This document shows positions 13,601 through 27,838 of a DNA stretch of 64,000 nucleotides, piece by piece. The notes beneath the pieces were generated by a model. That model worked only from the letters and a program-made list of their open reading frames with translations. It did no database searches and was not told where the DNA came from. Made by a program: the position numbers and the translations under genes. The stretch is taken from contig JBHGNT010000011.1 in assembly GCA_043228905.1 (NCBI GenBank), forward strand, positions 558,001 to 622,000, written 5' to 3'. Position 1 is the stretch's first letter, and every line of letters begins with the position of its first letter. The stretch comes from Azolla caroliniana (lineage: Eukaryota; Plantae; Polypodiophyta).

Positions 13601-16600
13601 CGATACATGCTTGAGCGCATCCCATGGTCAACCATCCTAAACATTGCTTCCATACAATTTAGTTCAACTCACTTTAATGAGAGACAAGACGTTGGGGGGC
13701 AAGTGATGAGGGCAGTCCACTATGCACATTTTGTCCTAAACAAGCTTGAGAGTCCAAGTCTCAGACTTTGATACAATGCTCTACCTCAGATCACATTTGC
13801 CTAAGCTTTTCACACATCTTTGACCAAACCCAATGCATGCATGAATTTCTCTCACAATCACAATGTGCGTGAGCAATTGCAACATTCATTAGCAAAGTTA
13901 TTGAACATAGAGAACTGCTACTTCTTTTTCTTTAGTTATCCAATCAGATACTAATCGGTTACCAATGGCTACTCTATAAAATCAACCTCAGCAAAGGGAT
14001 AAATCAACTGGTTGTAACATTCCATGGTAAGGATTTGTAAGGCTCCAAACCATCGAACATTAGTGGCTTTGCTGCATTTTTTAAGCTTTGCTCTTCTGAT
14101 TAATAGTTTGCATCGAATTTCAGGTTTTCTATTGCACTCCTACCATACAAGGTGTTTTCACTTTTCCCTGACAATACTTGTGGTATGCTATCAATCATTG
14201 ACAAATACTGAGCATTGGTCACCCTTGGTCAAATTACTCACTATGACATTTATTGCATGAAAAGTTTTACTTTTTGTCTCATATGTCACCTCTGATGACA
14301 ATAATGAGATCTCTCTCTCCCTTTCTAAAAAGATAAAATGTGTTGGGAAGAAGAAGATAGTGATAACTAACAAAGATGTGTGAAGGCGGCAAAGGATCTA
14401 TAAGAGGCACACCTAGTCATCTGCTTTGGCTCTCAAAGGAGATGAGATGTGTCATGAAGAAGGAACTGATGATAATTACCAAAAGGTGTAATGTGGGTAT
14501 GTCGAAGGATTGTCCTACCAACCATAGGAATAGAACCCTATAGAAATAGCCCCCTTATACAACCCCCTTGCTCTCACAACATTAAGCCTATGTTCACGCC
14601 CACATTCAAGGACATCTTAGCATGGCCCCATAAAAATCTGGCCTTCACAAAGGTCATGTACTCACTTCTAAAAAGAGGGTCTAGAGACATTGTGCTAGCA
14701 GCCAAGGACATTGTTAGTCTTTTCCATGGTTGAAATCGAGGAGTTCCTTTGTTGTGGGAAAAGACAGTGTGAAATTGCATATAATGTGGGAAAATATAGA
14801 CACATTTTGCGGCAATTGCAGAAGTAGGACAAGGTGCTGGCAGCTAAAGATAACTTTTGGTGTTGAGGAGCAGCAATGCTTATCCTTAATGGTGATACTC
14901 TACACTGCATATTGCACAGTTACACCGTACAGCCCATGACATTCATACTGTAAATCTTCTACAAACTATAGAGAAAACAATAAGGTGAGGAAGGCCAAGA
15001 AGTATCAGATAATCCCAGTATGCAGACATCTATTCTGCTGTGACTAGATGATAAATGCTCTATTCTGATGATCCCAGACCCAAGAGAAGGTTGTCAGTGT
15101 TGTTACTATTTTGAACCCTGAGACAGCAAGACAAACAGCTAGCAAGGTGTCCACACAAAGTAGTCAAGGGAAAAAAATCTATAGCTAAGAGAAAATTAAG
15201 AAATGATCAATAATAAAGGTAAAAAGATTGAAAAGGACAATGCTACGCTGTAAACAATGAAGGGTTTCTTTTAATTCATCCAACCTTGTCTGTATTTGAA
15301 TTTAGCATTATCATCATGATTTATTAATTTCATATCTCGGCAATGATTCCCATTCTATTGGTCCTGACAAGCGATTGCAATACACAAAATCCTAATCCCA
15401 ACATGCAACACAGATTGACCTGTTTAAGCAAATAACCTCTACATGAATTCCGTTACATATATAAAGCCATTATCCAGCAGAGTTCTTAACAACATACCTC
15501 TTTGCTCTGAATCCAAAAATTCGAATTTCCCAAACGCCAATTACAGTCTCAAGGAAAATTGACAGTACACAACAGATTATATGCAGAAACATCATCACAC
15601 CTTTCACTATTTCCTAGAGATGCATATGCAGCACCTTGTACAGTGTCAACTTTATCTCGACCTATCGGCCTTTTAGGTCGATCAAACATATTACTTTTTA
15701 AAGAATACATTGATTCATCATGAAGAGAAAGGACCATTCAAAACATCGGGATACTTCCTTCAAAGTAGAAACAACTATTACCATGGGAAGCTGGAGAAAA
15801 CTCCAGCGATCTCTGTTCTAGGATTTGGATAACATCAGTTGTGATTCCAGAAGTAACTTTTAAAGAAAATAGTGGAACTAGAAGACACATACTTGGCTGT
15901 GCCATATCCATGCAAGCTTATTTTAAGCAAGTTGTGTACTTGCAAAGAGTGAAAAATAATGTCCTCCATGTCATTCATGTCTATGAAACTCGGTTCCTAT
16001 AAATGTTTAGCTTCCACAATGTCATCAGGCTTGGACCCGATTCATAAGACCGTTATTTGGGAAAAATGTGGCCTCATTTACTAAAACCCCAGGTAAGATT
16101 TTGACGTTGCTGCATGTAAACTTTATAGAGAATAAAATCCTACTGAGAAATGTAAACGTTTTTTGAAATTACCATAAAGTGGTGGCATAAAAAACCCCTA
16201 AACACTAAATAGGCTGCAATTGTCCCTGTTCCATTACCCATTACTGGTTCCTATACCAACTGGAAAATTACTTCCAGAATCTCTGGGTACTAGTCTTAAT
16301 CACAGGGTCGGTCTAGATTACCTGCGTGAAGCCCCCGATCTGCTGCTGCCTGATGGAAGCAAAGTTCTGCAAGGTGAGTCCATAAGGCCGAAGTGCTTCA
16401 ACCACTTGTTCCACTCTAGCACCTGCCTGAACAGTAACCCGGTTGGTCTCTTGATCGACCTTCACAATCTGATCCATGAGAGCCAGATTCACCATCCCAT
16501 CATCAGAAAATCCCAGGCCATTGGGAGAAAGACCTGAGCCTACGGGGCGCAGCTTCTGCTTCATGGAGTGAGCTAGGCTCACAGCTTTCTCCAGATCCTC

Positions 16601-17092
16601 CAGTGACTCTGGCTGTATGTACACGCTGGTTTTGGCTTCATGGGTACCACTCCAGTTGCTTATCACATGCTCGTCTTCGTGCGAGTCCTGGGGTTTCTTC
16701 TTCTGCTGTGTTCGAGGGAAGCAGTAGTATGTGGCGACCCCGCAGCCAACCACCAGAAGCACGTTTCCAATCACCTTAGGAGCTCCAGATGCAAAAGAAG
16801 ACGGTGATGGCGACGGCGACGAAGACGTAGACGTAGAGAAGGCTCGGATACTAGACCCCCCACGGAAATAAGAATCGGCACGAGATCTGCACAAGAAGTT
16901 TGTATAGCTAATCAGGCTGGGATCAGTAGGAACGCCTCCTTCCCCTCCTCCTCCTCCTCCTCTGCCGATACACTTGGTGTTGCTACTATTCCATATGCCT
17001 CCTCCCCTGCTACTGCTCCTGCTCCCCCTCCCCCCAAGGTTGGGGTGAAAGAGGGAACCCTTCTTCTTCAATCTCCAGCATGCCTTCATCAT
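10602..17092 (-). CDS. GLDH: L-galactono-1,4-lactone dehydrogenase, mitochondrial (last step of ascorbate synthesis); 6 exons
   Basis: Exon 1 17092-16322 (presequence, NWSGTH, LRPVGSGLSPNG, LTLQNFASIRQQQIGGFTQ); exon 2 from 12179 (VGAHGTGA..PPVDEQ); HLRYMWIPDTDAVVVV; GFDCGGQQWVSE; PAPSPIEQRW; SWV/GIIMYLP; EHWAKIE; stop at 10602 after LDPNCILSN. Confidence 0.96.
12310..14320 (+). mobile_element. Old degenerate copy of the same LINE family in GLDH intron 1, antisense to the gene
   Basis: Fragments MLKWTGKEAH, GLYCCFV.FKKAFDMVP and NRTHRYMLE; LINE 3' end motif TTTGTCTCATA at ~14272. Confidence 0.88.
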
Positions 17093-17629
17093 CTCCACCC
17101 CCCGCTCCTTTGATCAATCCCTTCTCGGTATGCCTGCCCTATATAATCAATCCTATCCTCTGCTCAGCGGGGCCTGCTGCGGCATTCGATATGGATGGTT
17201 TCTTCTCCTTTCCTTAGACGCGCTTCACAACTACTATCCTAATGTAAATTAGACATATCCCTCGTCTCTGTCTCTGTCTCTGTCTCTGTTCTATGTGTGT
17301 GAGTCGCTCTCATATGCATAGAGATAGAGATGGAGATAGAGATAGAGATAGAGATGCCATGACTCTGCGTAGCGGTGGTCTTCCTCTCCTCTTCTGCCTT
17401 TCTTCATTCAACAATCATCATCAGTCATTATGTATGTTATGTATGTATGTATGAACGTATTTCTTCATCATCACAAAATGTGAGTAACAACAAGAACATA
17501 GTAACAAAGGAAAACAACAGAACTAAACAAACGTATTTACAAGCTTCTGGCATTAATACATATATGTATGTACATACATATGTATATGATGTACATCATG
17601 CACATATGATTATGTATGCCATCCATCCT

Positions 17630-18100
17630 TAGAAGTGTGTGTCGCTACCCACAATCCATTGAGGTTTCATGGTCTTCGTAAACCCTGACGTGTTGCATGT
17701 GCCCAACACCCAAGAATCGGAGGTTGCGGGGGGAGGTTTCCGAGGGGGAATTGCAATTTATGTGCATGCGTTCAATGGTTTCCCTATGTTGCGATGTTGG
17801 ATTGTTTGCAAACATACATGTGGGTTGCTATTACCAGCTACTCTTGGCCCACATGGGCCAACGACGAGAACCGAAATCGAGAAACAAGATGCAGTCATTT
17901 GCAGTCTAGCTTGACCACAATCTGTTCTTGAGAGAGCTTTGGTGAGTGTACGACTATGAGAAATTACTTTGTGGGGGGCTTCAAAACTTTGAGTGGTGGG
18001 TCATTGCAGTGAACTTGTCCTATACTTTCAGCGTTTACAAGTTTCTATTGCTTTTGAATGAGTAGCCTAATAATGAGAGAAACTAATGTATCCCATATCC
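17630..18100 (+). mobile_element. Decayed LINE AP-endonuclease fragment
   Basis: GGIAIYV, VGCYY and a GDFN-like motif in broken frames. Confidence 0.45.
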
Positions 18101-18635
18101 CACGTTGAGAAGACAAGGGAAAGCTTTTGTAAACGTGGATTTCATGATGGGAAACGATCATGTATCTTTCACTAACTTCATGATTCTTTATGTCAAGAAT
18201 CGGATATGAGTCTTGTGCAACGGAAGAGATATGTGTTATGTGTATGTGTGAGAGGAAAGAGATGAGAGAAGAGAAAGCACAAGATATCTAGATAGATATA
18301 TGAAAGACAAATGGAGTACTCAAGAAGAAGAAGATGTATATTCACCACAAGTAAAATAGCAATTACAAAATGTAGCATTACAAGGACTCACGACCGACTT
18401 AATATGAAGTAGGAGAAGGGTGCTTTATATATAGTCACCCTCTCTCTTCATTAACTAACTACAACAACTACTCTCTCTCGGGGAATGTGAAGACTCATAG
18501 TCATGGGTAATATGTAACTCATTCATTATGTGTCATAGAATATGATTCTATGACACATAGTTAATGTGTAGAGAGTAATGGTGTGACTCTTTACCTTTGA
18601 GTAATCACATATTCTCAAAAGGTGTGTTCACACGT

Positions 18636-19151
18636 TGTCGTGAGATTTTCGTCCATAGGCAGAAACCGAGGTGGAAAGGGCAAGTCGGTGGTGTGCAACA
18701 TGTGCACACGATTACTAGGAAATGGTGTATAGAAATAAGAGGGGAAATTTTATCCCTCATTGTAAGGTCCCTCCCTCCTTGGGCTATAAAAGGAAGGGAG
18801 GGGTCACTTATGAAGGGTTGCCTATTTTGCGTATGAGAGGTATACCACATAGTCTAGAGTTCTTGCCGTTTTAGGGTTAGGGTTTCGTTATTCATCCTTG
18901 GTTAGGGTTTTCTTATAGTCGTTTGGTGCGGCCCATGCAGCCACCATTGTTGTAATCATTCGTTTGTCTTAATATATCTTGTTGAGTATCTTACCTCCGC
19001 CGATCTCTCCTTCTATGTGGTGATCTTAATCTTTCTTCTTCTCCTCTTGAGCTAAGCCTCCATATCATATATTATTCTTTCTCATCTACTCCCTAGTCCG
19101 AGACCCTCGTGGTCCCACCCCTTCTACACGCACGTGCATAGCAACGCGACA
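18636..19151 (+). mobile_element. Solo LTR of the tRNA-Trp Gypsy lineage inserted in the Copia 3' LTR
   Basis: TGTCGTG...CGCGACA termini; ACGT duplicated at 18632-35 and 19152-55; absent from the sister LTR at 52020; TATAAAA at ~18785. Confidence 0.9.
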
Positions 19152-22100
19152 ACGTTGCACTATGTTGAGCTTGATTCTCAACACGCCCCCTCAAGCTCAA
19201 CTCAGGTCGGTTCCTTTCGGTTGATGTCCGCTTCGGCTAGTATCCGGTTTAGACGATCTCCGGTGTCCGCTTTGGCTTGTACCCAGTTCGGACGGTATCC
19301 AGTTTTCTCTTGTAATCCCCCTCAAGCTTGGCAAGTTAGGGATCGTCAATCCAAGGTCTAACATGAATTGCCGAAGTTGGTCAGCTCCTAGGGCTTTGGT
19401 GAAGATGTCAATCGTTTGAAGATTTGTGTCGATGTATTGAAGATCGACATCTTCGGCCTGAACACGCTCTCAAATGAAGTGATAGTGCACTTCGATATGC
19501 TTTGTGCGTACGTGGAACACAGGGTTTTGAGCCAGATAAATACTGCTCATGTTGTCGCAGTAGAGGGGAGTTGGATCCTTGATGGGAACGCCCAAATCCT
19601 TCAAAATCCTCTTGAGTCGTACAGCTTCACATGCAGCCACAACTACACCCTTGTATTCAGCCTCCGTACTCAAAAGAGCGATGGTCGACTGCTTCTTCCT
19701 ACTCCACGAAATCACTCAGTTGCCAAGGGAGAAGACAAAACCAAAGGTTGATCGTCGATCGACTTTGTATCCGGCCCAGTCGACATCCGTGTACCCTTCG
19801 AGTCAAATTGGTGTCGCTGATTTGTAGAGAATGTCATAATCCATTGTGCCGCTCACATATTGCAATACTCGCTTAGCACAATCGAGATGATTATCTCGTA
19901 GAGTTTGCATGAATTGGCTAAGGAGTTGACCGAATAGCTAAGGTCAGGTCGAGTGATTGTGAAATAGATGAGACTCCTGATCAGTTGACGATATAGAGTC
20001 GGTTCGCACTCATCTATGCCAGATCATCCACGTATAGGATGATGACAATCGAGCTTCTAGAGTCGTTTCGTACGTAGAGGGAGTTGTCGGATTTGGACAT
20101 TTGAAAGTCGATTTGATGAAGATATTGCATAATTTTCAAAAAGCACGATGTGCTTGCTTGAGGCCGTAGAGAGGCTTCTTGAGTTGGCATACGACTTTCG
20201 GATTAATGTTGGATTCAAAGTCGGGTGATTGTACCATGTACACCTCTTCTTCTAATTCGCCTTGAAGAAATGCCTTCTTGACGTCCATTTCGTGGAGGTG
20301 CCACCCTTTCGTCGTTGCGAGTGCGATCACGGTCCACACAGTCGCCATCTTTGCCACCTGGGAAAATGTCTCTTCGTAGTCAACTCCATGCGTCTGTGCA
20401 TATCCTTTTGCTACGAGTCGAGCTTTGTAGCGGTTTACGGAGCTGTTGGCGTTATACTTCACCTTGTAGATCCATCTACATCTGATCACCTTCTTGTGCA
20501 GTGAGTGGGGGACAAGATCCCATGTCTTGTTTTTGGAGAGTGCTTGCATCTCCTGATTCATCGCTTCAACCCATCTGGGGTCCTTCGCGGCTTCAAAAAA
20601 CGTTTCCGGCTCTCATATTGTTGCTACCTTCATCATAAAGGCGTAATGGTACGCCATATAATTGTTGTAGCCGAATCAGCTTATGGGGTTCTTTTCACGG
20701 GTGGATCGATGGAGCTTCTCGTTTGCGGATCCTAAGGCTTTCTTCGCTCCATTTGTCCAGATGTCAAGGTCTTCGAACTCACTATCGAGGGAGTGAGTCG
20801 ATTCGTTGCCGTCAAAGTGATCGTCTTTATACTTCGGCATTTTCACTTTCCCTTTGTCCAGCTTCGGACTCGGCCGAGATGTGCCCATTAAGCCTTGTCG
20901 TAATCGGGCTTTCTTCGAACATGCGCGTGGGCTGATCTTCGACTTCTATCTCTATTTCGGTGGATTCCGGGTCGAGCGGAATCGGAGTCGAAGTTGTCTC
21001 TGGTGCGTACTAGGATGCGGACTCATCGAAAACGACGTCTCAACTTACTCGGCTTTTTGAGTTGAGGGGTTATAGCACTTGTACCCCTTTTGCTCTAGTG
21101 AGTATCCTACGAGGATACATTTCTTCAACTTTGGGTCAAGCTTTTGTCGCTTCTCATTGGGGATGTGCACATATGCAATGAAGCCGAATATCCGAACATG
21201 TGATAGGTCCGGCTTCTTTCCTAAAAACTTCTCGTGCGGAGTAAGTTCGTGTACACCCGATGTTGTACACAAATTCATGAGGTATACGGTCGTGTTAGCC
21301 GCTTCTACCCAATACGATTTCGGTATATTCTTCTCGTTCGTCATTGCCCGTGGGACCTCTATTATGTGCCGATTCTTTCGTTCGAATACACTGTTTTAAT
21401 GAGGTGTGTGTTGGCACGAGAATTCTCGTCGGCTTTCGTGCCCATTGCGAACCTGGCCGATTTCATCTCGTGTGAGTCGAGAATGAACATTCAGCCCTTT
21501 GTTCGTCTACGTGAGATGAGTCGGCCCTCTTTTTTTATGAAGCAACTGCCTTGATTAAATCGTACTTGCATCCCTTGCTCAACAATTTGGCTAACGGAGA
21601 CCAAGTTCTTCGTAATGGTTGGTACATGCAAGACATTCTTAATAAAAGTTTCGTTACCTTCTTTGCCGAATGGGATATTTCCGATGTGTCGAATCGGATG
21701 CATAGTGTCGTCTCCGGTTTTGACATAACCAGGTTGACCCAGCTCTCGAAGTTCTCGGAACCATTCTTGATGAGACGTCATATGGTTCGAGGCACCGGAG
21801 TCGACGTACCATACGCCTTCCGAACCGGAGGAACTAGTTGAAATAGAAGCCGACATAGAATTTGCTTTATGTCTCATCACGAACATTCCGCCACGATTGT
21901 CATAGTCAGAGTTGGTGGCATAGTTGGTGAGTTGTCAACTAGTGGAACTCTTCTTTCGGCACTCTTCTTCGTGGTGGCCGATTTTTCCACAATATCTGCA
22001 TTCGATCGAGGTTTGTTGGCTCGAACCGGAATGGAAGCTCCCCCTTCTTCCAAAGGTTCCTCGACGGCTTCTGTCTTGTTGCTGAAATTGCGAGTTGTTT

Positions 22101-22839
22101 TCATACGTCGGGCCTTGTCCGCCTCGTCCTTGGTCGAATCGGCCTCTTCTTGCACAGTCACATCCTCTTCCTCTATCTGAGTGTGAGTAAAGCATGTGGC
22201 CTTCCGGGGCGTTGCTCCTTGTTCAAACATGGTTTTCTTCGACCAACAACATGGATTGAAGATTGAAGAAGAAGGGTGGATTCTCCCGTGCTAGTATGGT
22301 GGTCCTCATCGTGTCGAATCGTGGTGCAAGGCCACCGAGGCATATTTGCACCATCTAATCATCGTCCACATTGACACTATATCGAGCCGAGTGCATCACA
22401 AAGCTCCTTGATCTTCAAGGTGTAGCTTGTGATGGACATATCCCTTTGTTGGATGTTGTTCAACTATTAGCGAAGTTGAAACTTTCGCACGGTTGGGTTG
22501 GCGGCTAAAATCTTTTGTAGATTCTCCCACGCTGTTGTGAAGATTTACGGCATCAGTGTGAAAATTGCGAGGAACATACAAAATCAAGTGTGGTTCTTCA
22601 CACGTGATATGAAACAATAGTCGAAAGGTATTATTTTAGATTAGTTTAATATCTTGGTAGGAAAAGATGGATGTCTTCAAGAGCTTCCGAATGCATTTTA
22701 CTACATATGAAACAGACAACTAAATATCAAGTTATGTGAGTGTGAAGTTTGAGAAGAAGAGGAAAAAAAAACTATGAGATATCCCACATAGATAGGACAC
22801 ATCAGAATCCTAGATTATATAAGCAGAATGGTTAAGGTG

Positions 22840-23220
22840 ATTCAAACCCACGATCAGGTCGGGGTTCGCATGGCTCTGTCGTAGTTCGATCGGGATGTGC
22901 CTGCACACACAATCGTGTCACACGGCTCGATCGGGTGGGGGTTCGCACAGTCACAGTGCATGGCTTTGTCGTAGTTTAGTTAGTTCACACGGCTCGATCG
23001 AGGTTCGGTCGCGACAGACGCACACACAATCGTGTCACACGGCTCGATCGAGTCGGGGTTCGCATGGTCACGGCGCATGGCTCTGTTGCAGTTTAGTCGG
23101 TTCACACGGCTCGGTCGTGGTACGGTCGCAACGGACGCACACACAGTCATGTCACACAACTCGGTCGGGTCGAGGTTCGCATGGTCACGACGCACAGCTC
23201 TGTTGCAGTTCGATCGAGAG
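22840..23220. repeat. Degenerate tandem repeat (~60-65 bp units) in the E2 LTR
   Basis: Recurring CACACAATCGTGTCACACGGCTCGATCG and GGTTCGCATGG. Confidence 0.8.
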
Positions 23221-25799
23221 CTTGGATGTAAATTCTCATACATGAGAGCTTGGATGAGTGACATGGTCATCATACATCACATGTGATGGATGAACTCCGA
23301 AAGGCAAACATGCATGTCTTGCACCCGCACATGCATCGTATGCATGGAGGCATCTATCAAAGAGTGGATGAAAAAGAAGAAAAGGGGAATTCTATATACT
23401 AATCAAGAAATTAATGATAAGAAAATTAGTTATCCTATTGTTGATGTATCTTCTCCCTCAAATCTAAAATCAATGGTTCAATTTCTATCTCAATCTACCT
23501 TAAATACTTTCTCGCTAAAGCTAGTACAAACTTCGAATCCTTCCGGTCCAGGACCCCGACGGTTCCGCTTCAAGATCCGCACATAGTGACGGATTTTCAC
23601 AACATAATTAAGTGGTGAACCCGACGTGAAAGAGGCGGTAGGAAGGATCAAGTCGAGGATCGACCGATACTTGGAGATGGCATCCTCAAGCAATCAAGCG
23701 AGAGAGTTCGAAAGGATGATGGTAATCGTCGAACAAATGATGAGATCTCGAGACAACGATGCGAGCGTGGAGAAGGCTGTCGACCGTGTTGTGGAGCTCG
23801 AGGGTCAATCTGATGGAAGGAACATTACGAAGTTCCTTGACACATAGAAAAGGGAGATGAATTAGAGGGATGTGTCTGAAGCACGTCAAATCGCAAGTTT
23901 CAAGAGAGGTGTCGCCAACAACATCCAAAGGCAGGTCATCGAGCTTCAAGAAGGGAAGACAACATGGTCCGAGTTCGAGAAAGCAATATTAGCAGAGTTC
24001 GCGACGAAAGATTTGTCGAGGATGACTTGGCATGTCTTGATGAAGTGGATAGAGAAGAAAAATAAGAAGATGAGCGCCTTGAGGGTGTACGATGAGTTCG
24101 ACCAAATGTTTAATCGTCTCCCCGCCACAGACCAAGTGCTACTTGAGGAGGACAAATCTTTGTACTTCCTAAAAGCTATGGATATGAAGGATAAACGAGA
24201 ATTGCGGACTCTCCTCAAAGATGATACCCAAGCGAACAAACTTGTGGCAAACTGGATTGCGGTGAAGCTAGCGTGCAACATGCTCGACAAGCGTCGTCAA
24301 TGGGTTGATGACACTGACTTGGTAGGATCAACCAAGGAGAAAACGAGACAACCAAAAGTGGTTGAGCCGCCCCAACAAAGTAACCTGGAAGAAAAGAAGA
24401 TTGATGATGACATCATTGAAGAACTAGCGAAGAAGTTCGAGACAGTCACGCCAATGAACATGAATCATCGGGGCCCCAAAGGAAAAGAACCCTTTAGATG
24501 CATGTGGTGCGATAGCATGGACCACATGAGAAGGGATTGTGCAAGCCTTCGACGCCATTCGACAAAATATCGTACACATGGATGACAACATGATCTACTT
24601 GAATGAAACCAGAAGACCTCTGCAAGTGAATTTCGAAACAGGGTGAATGAAGAAAGCTATGGAAAATGCCGAGGCGACTCATGTGGATGCGATGCACTAT
24701 GTTGCATTGGCCGGAATAAGAGTCGGGAAAGACAAAATTGAAGCTGCTAGAGCGGGAGCAAAGTTTTGGTCTATCGTTCTCGAGTATGAGAAGAAGGGAA
24801 AAGTCACTTCGAACGAGGTAGAGCTTGCAGACCGAAGTGTGCAAAGTATAATCGGATGGTCGGATCCAGTGGATGACAACACCATACTCGCGGAAGTGAT
24901 GTGTGACAACCACAAGGTGTTCGTGGATGGAAAGAGAAAAAGAATGGAAGGGCAAGACAACCCATCAAAAAGGCATGAAACAAGGAGTGTGAAAAAGAAA
25001 GAAGATGCAGAAGCAAGTCAAGCTTTACGAACGGAGGAAGGAGAATCAAGTCGAAAAGGGGAGTCGAGCAAACGAGTTGAAGAAACGGTTCAGCCCGTGA
25101 GGGTTGATGTTGAAGACCCCGCGCGGAAGACAAGATTTATGCCTACCTATAAGCTAAGGTCGGACATAGAGCAGACGACAGATCTGAAGAAGATTCTCGA
25201 TGAACGAGTTCTTGATAGCCACGTGACCTTGTCCTTGAGGGGATTGCTCGGCATTCCAAAGAAGGAATTCCATGATACAATCTTGGACCTTGTAAAGAGA
25301 AAAAGGCAACAGTCGGATGAGGAAGAAGAGAAGCCACTAAAAGCAAAAACAAATATCGTAACGATGGCAAGGGACAAAGTTGATGAAGATATGGTGGACA
25401 GCCACTATACTCGACCTCATTGGGCACGAGCGACAAAGGAGCCGCCGGTGAAGATCGGGGAGAAGAAAGAGACCGTTGTCGTGTGAATCTTCACACACTA
25501 TATTAAAAAAAAATGAAATAATTATTTTAGATTAGATTAGTAGCTTGTTATAGAAATATGGATGTACTCAAGAGTTTCAAAACGCATTTTACTACATACA
25601 AAATATACAACTCCATATCAAGTTAGGTGGACATGAAGCTTAAGAAGATAGGGAAAATAGAATTTTGAAGTATCCCACATAGATAGGAAACTTAAGGCCC
25701 TAGCTATATAAGCACATTGAGATCCCTCATTTTTCATTTGTGCTAAGAGCAGTTTGGCCACTTTGTCTAGATGGATGAATGTGGCCAAGTTCCCAAAAA

Positions 25800-26140
25800 C
25801 CAATTGGTAAGCAATCTAGAACCGGCTGGTAATGGAACTAGAATCGGTCGGTAATCAATCCGGAACTGGACAGAAAGCAATCTAGAACCGGCCGGTAAGC
25901 AAAAATTGGAACCGACCGGTAAGCAAACTTGAAGCGCCGGAAAGCAAGCAGGAACCGGTCGGAAAGCAATCCGGAATTGACCGATAAGCAAATTGGAACC
26001 GGTCAGGAAGCAAACTGGAACCGGTCGGTAACCAAACTGGAACTGGTTGGAAAACAAACCAAAACCGACCGGTAAGCAAACAAGAACCGGTCGGTAAGCA
26101 ATCCGGAACCGATCGGTAAGCAATCCGAAACCGGCCTATA
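25800..26140. repeat. 11/22-bp tandem array (AAGCAATCCGGAACCGGTCGGT-like) in the E3 LTR; shorter version at 48715-48875
   Basis: Read directly in both LTR copies. Confidence 0.88.
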
Positions 26141-27838
26141 CTCAAATCAGAGCCGGCAAAATCAATAATCAGATGGTGTCGGAAACCGGGCGGATCCGAC
26201 AACCGGCGACCGGACGAGGCTGGACGTGGACCAAACGGATAAAGTAAAGAAAACTAAAGTAAAGGTCATGTGGACGGTCACATGCAACTAAAAGAAAAAG
26301 CAATGCAACTAAAAGTAGAGGCCATGCAACTAAAAGTGGGAAGATAAAGTAACATGGAGAGGATGATCAATGGAGAACAGTAGATTATTCCATTCTCTCT
26401 CCATATTTTTTCTTTTCTTTTCCTTCTTAGTTCTCTTATCTTATCGAAGCCATATCTCTCATAAACCCTAATTTCCTTATGGAAACCAAAAACCCTAATT
26501 TTCCCTACGGAAGCCAAAAACCCTAATTTTCCATACATAAGTTATTGAACTCATAAACCATAATCTCTTATCAAAGCCAAAAACCCTAAATTTCTATTGA
26601 ATCCATATTTAGTTTCTTCTAATCTATTATTCTAGTAATCTCCATAAGCTAAACTTTGTAATCTCAATCTTGGGATTGATTGTAATCTTCCTTTCTATTT
26701 GTTAATGAAATTTGTCAATCTTTCTTATTTCGGTTAATTCTTAGTACATAAACACACAAATTTGATATTCTCTGGTCGGAGGCCTCGGGGTCCTGCCTCA
26801 AGTTCATGTATCCTCGTCGTATTTTCACGACATCTTTGGTGAACCCGACGTGAAAGAGGCGGTAGGGAGGATATCAAGTGCAATGATGGCTTCCACAAGC
26901 GGAACTCAAGGAGAGGAATTAACGAAAGGCATCGTGTCCGTAGTGGAATACATGCTGAAGGTGAGAGATCGAGAAGCTTTAATCAACAAAGCTATTGATC
27001 ATACGGTTGAGATAGCTGGACGATTTGGTGGCAAGAACATCACGGATTTTCTTGCTACCTATCGAAATGAGATGCAACAAAGGGATGTCAATGATCTCAA
27101 ACAAATTTCTAGCTTCAAACGTGTGGTGGAACCAGGGATCTGTGAGCACGTTGTCGTGAAGAATTTCGGCCAAAGGCAGAAACCGGGAAATATTGGCTAC
27201 ATCGGCGGGGTGCAGCATGTGCGCTCACCCTTGTACATTTAGTGTGAATAACGAGGGCGCCTTTATGGCGCCAAAAAGTAATCAAGTCGGGACAAGAATC
27301 CCATGTAATAAGGGATTTATCCCACGATGCTACGGATCCCTCTCCTTGTTCTATAAAAGGAAGGGAGCGCCCTTGGTGAAGGGGTTGCCCATTTTGTATT
27401 AGTAGGGTATACCATTAGATTAAGAGACGTCCTCTCTTTCTCTTTCCCTTCCTCTTATTTAGGGTTTCGTTTTTCTTCTTCTTGCCTCTACTTCTTCCTC
27501 TTCGTCATTCTGAGTATTGAGCCTTGGCATCTCGTGTTTCTGTTTCCTACCCGTTCTCTGTGCAAGACCCCGCTCGGCACGACAAGCCCGAGAGTTCCCC
27601 GACCGGCGGCTTGGCAGTAGATGATTGTTGTAACCTGAGCTACTTAGGTCGGGCTCGATACCAATATTGTATCTTAGTCTTGTAATATATGCATGGAGGG
27701 TTCTGCGTATCGATGTTTGTGTGGGTGTTTTGGTGTTCTCTTACCTCCGTTTCTGTACATAAAGGCGTGAGTTGGGTCGGCGTGGTGTGTGTGTGTGGCT
27801 GTGAGTTGGTGTCAAGCGCGCGCTCTCTCTCTTTCTCT

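Noticed and set aside
1-17092. GLYI next to GLDH as a redox gene cluster
   Set aside because: Two genes 9 kb apart in different pathways; no evidence of co-regulation from sequence alone
25800-26140. Regularly spaced short repeats resembling a CRISPR array
   Set aside because: No unique spacers and no cas genes; it is a tandem array inside an LTR and recurs in the sister LTR
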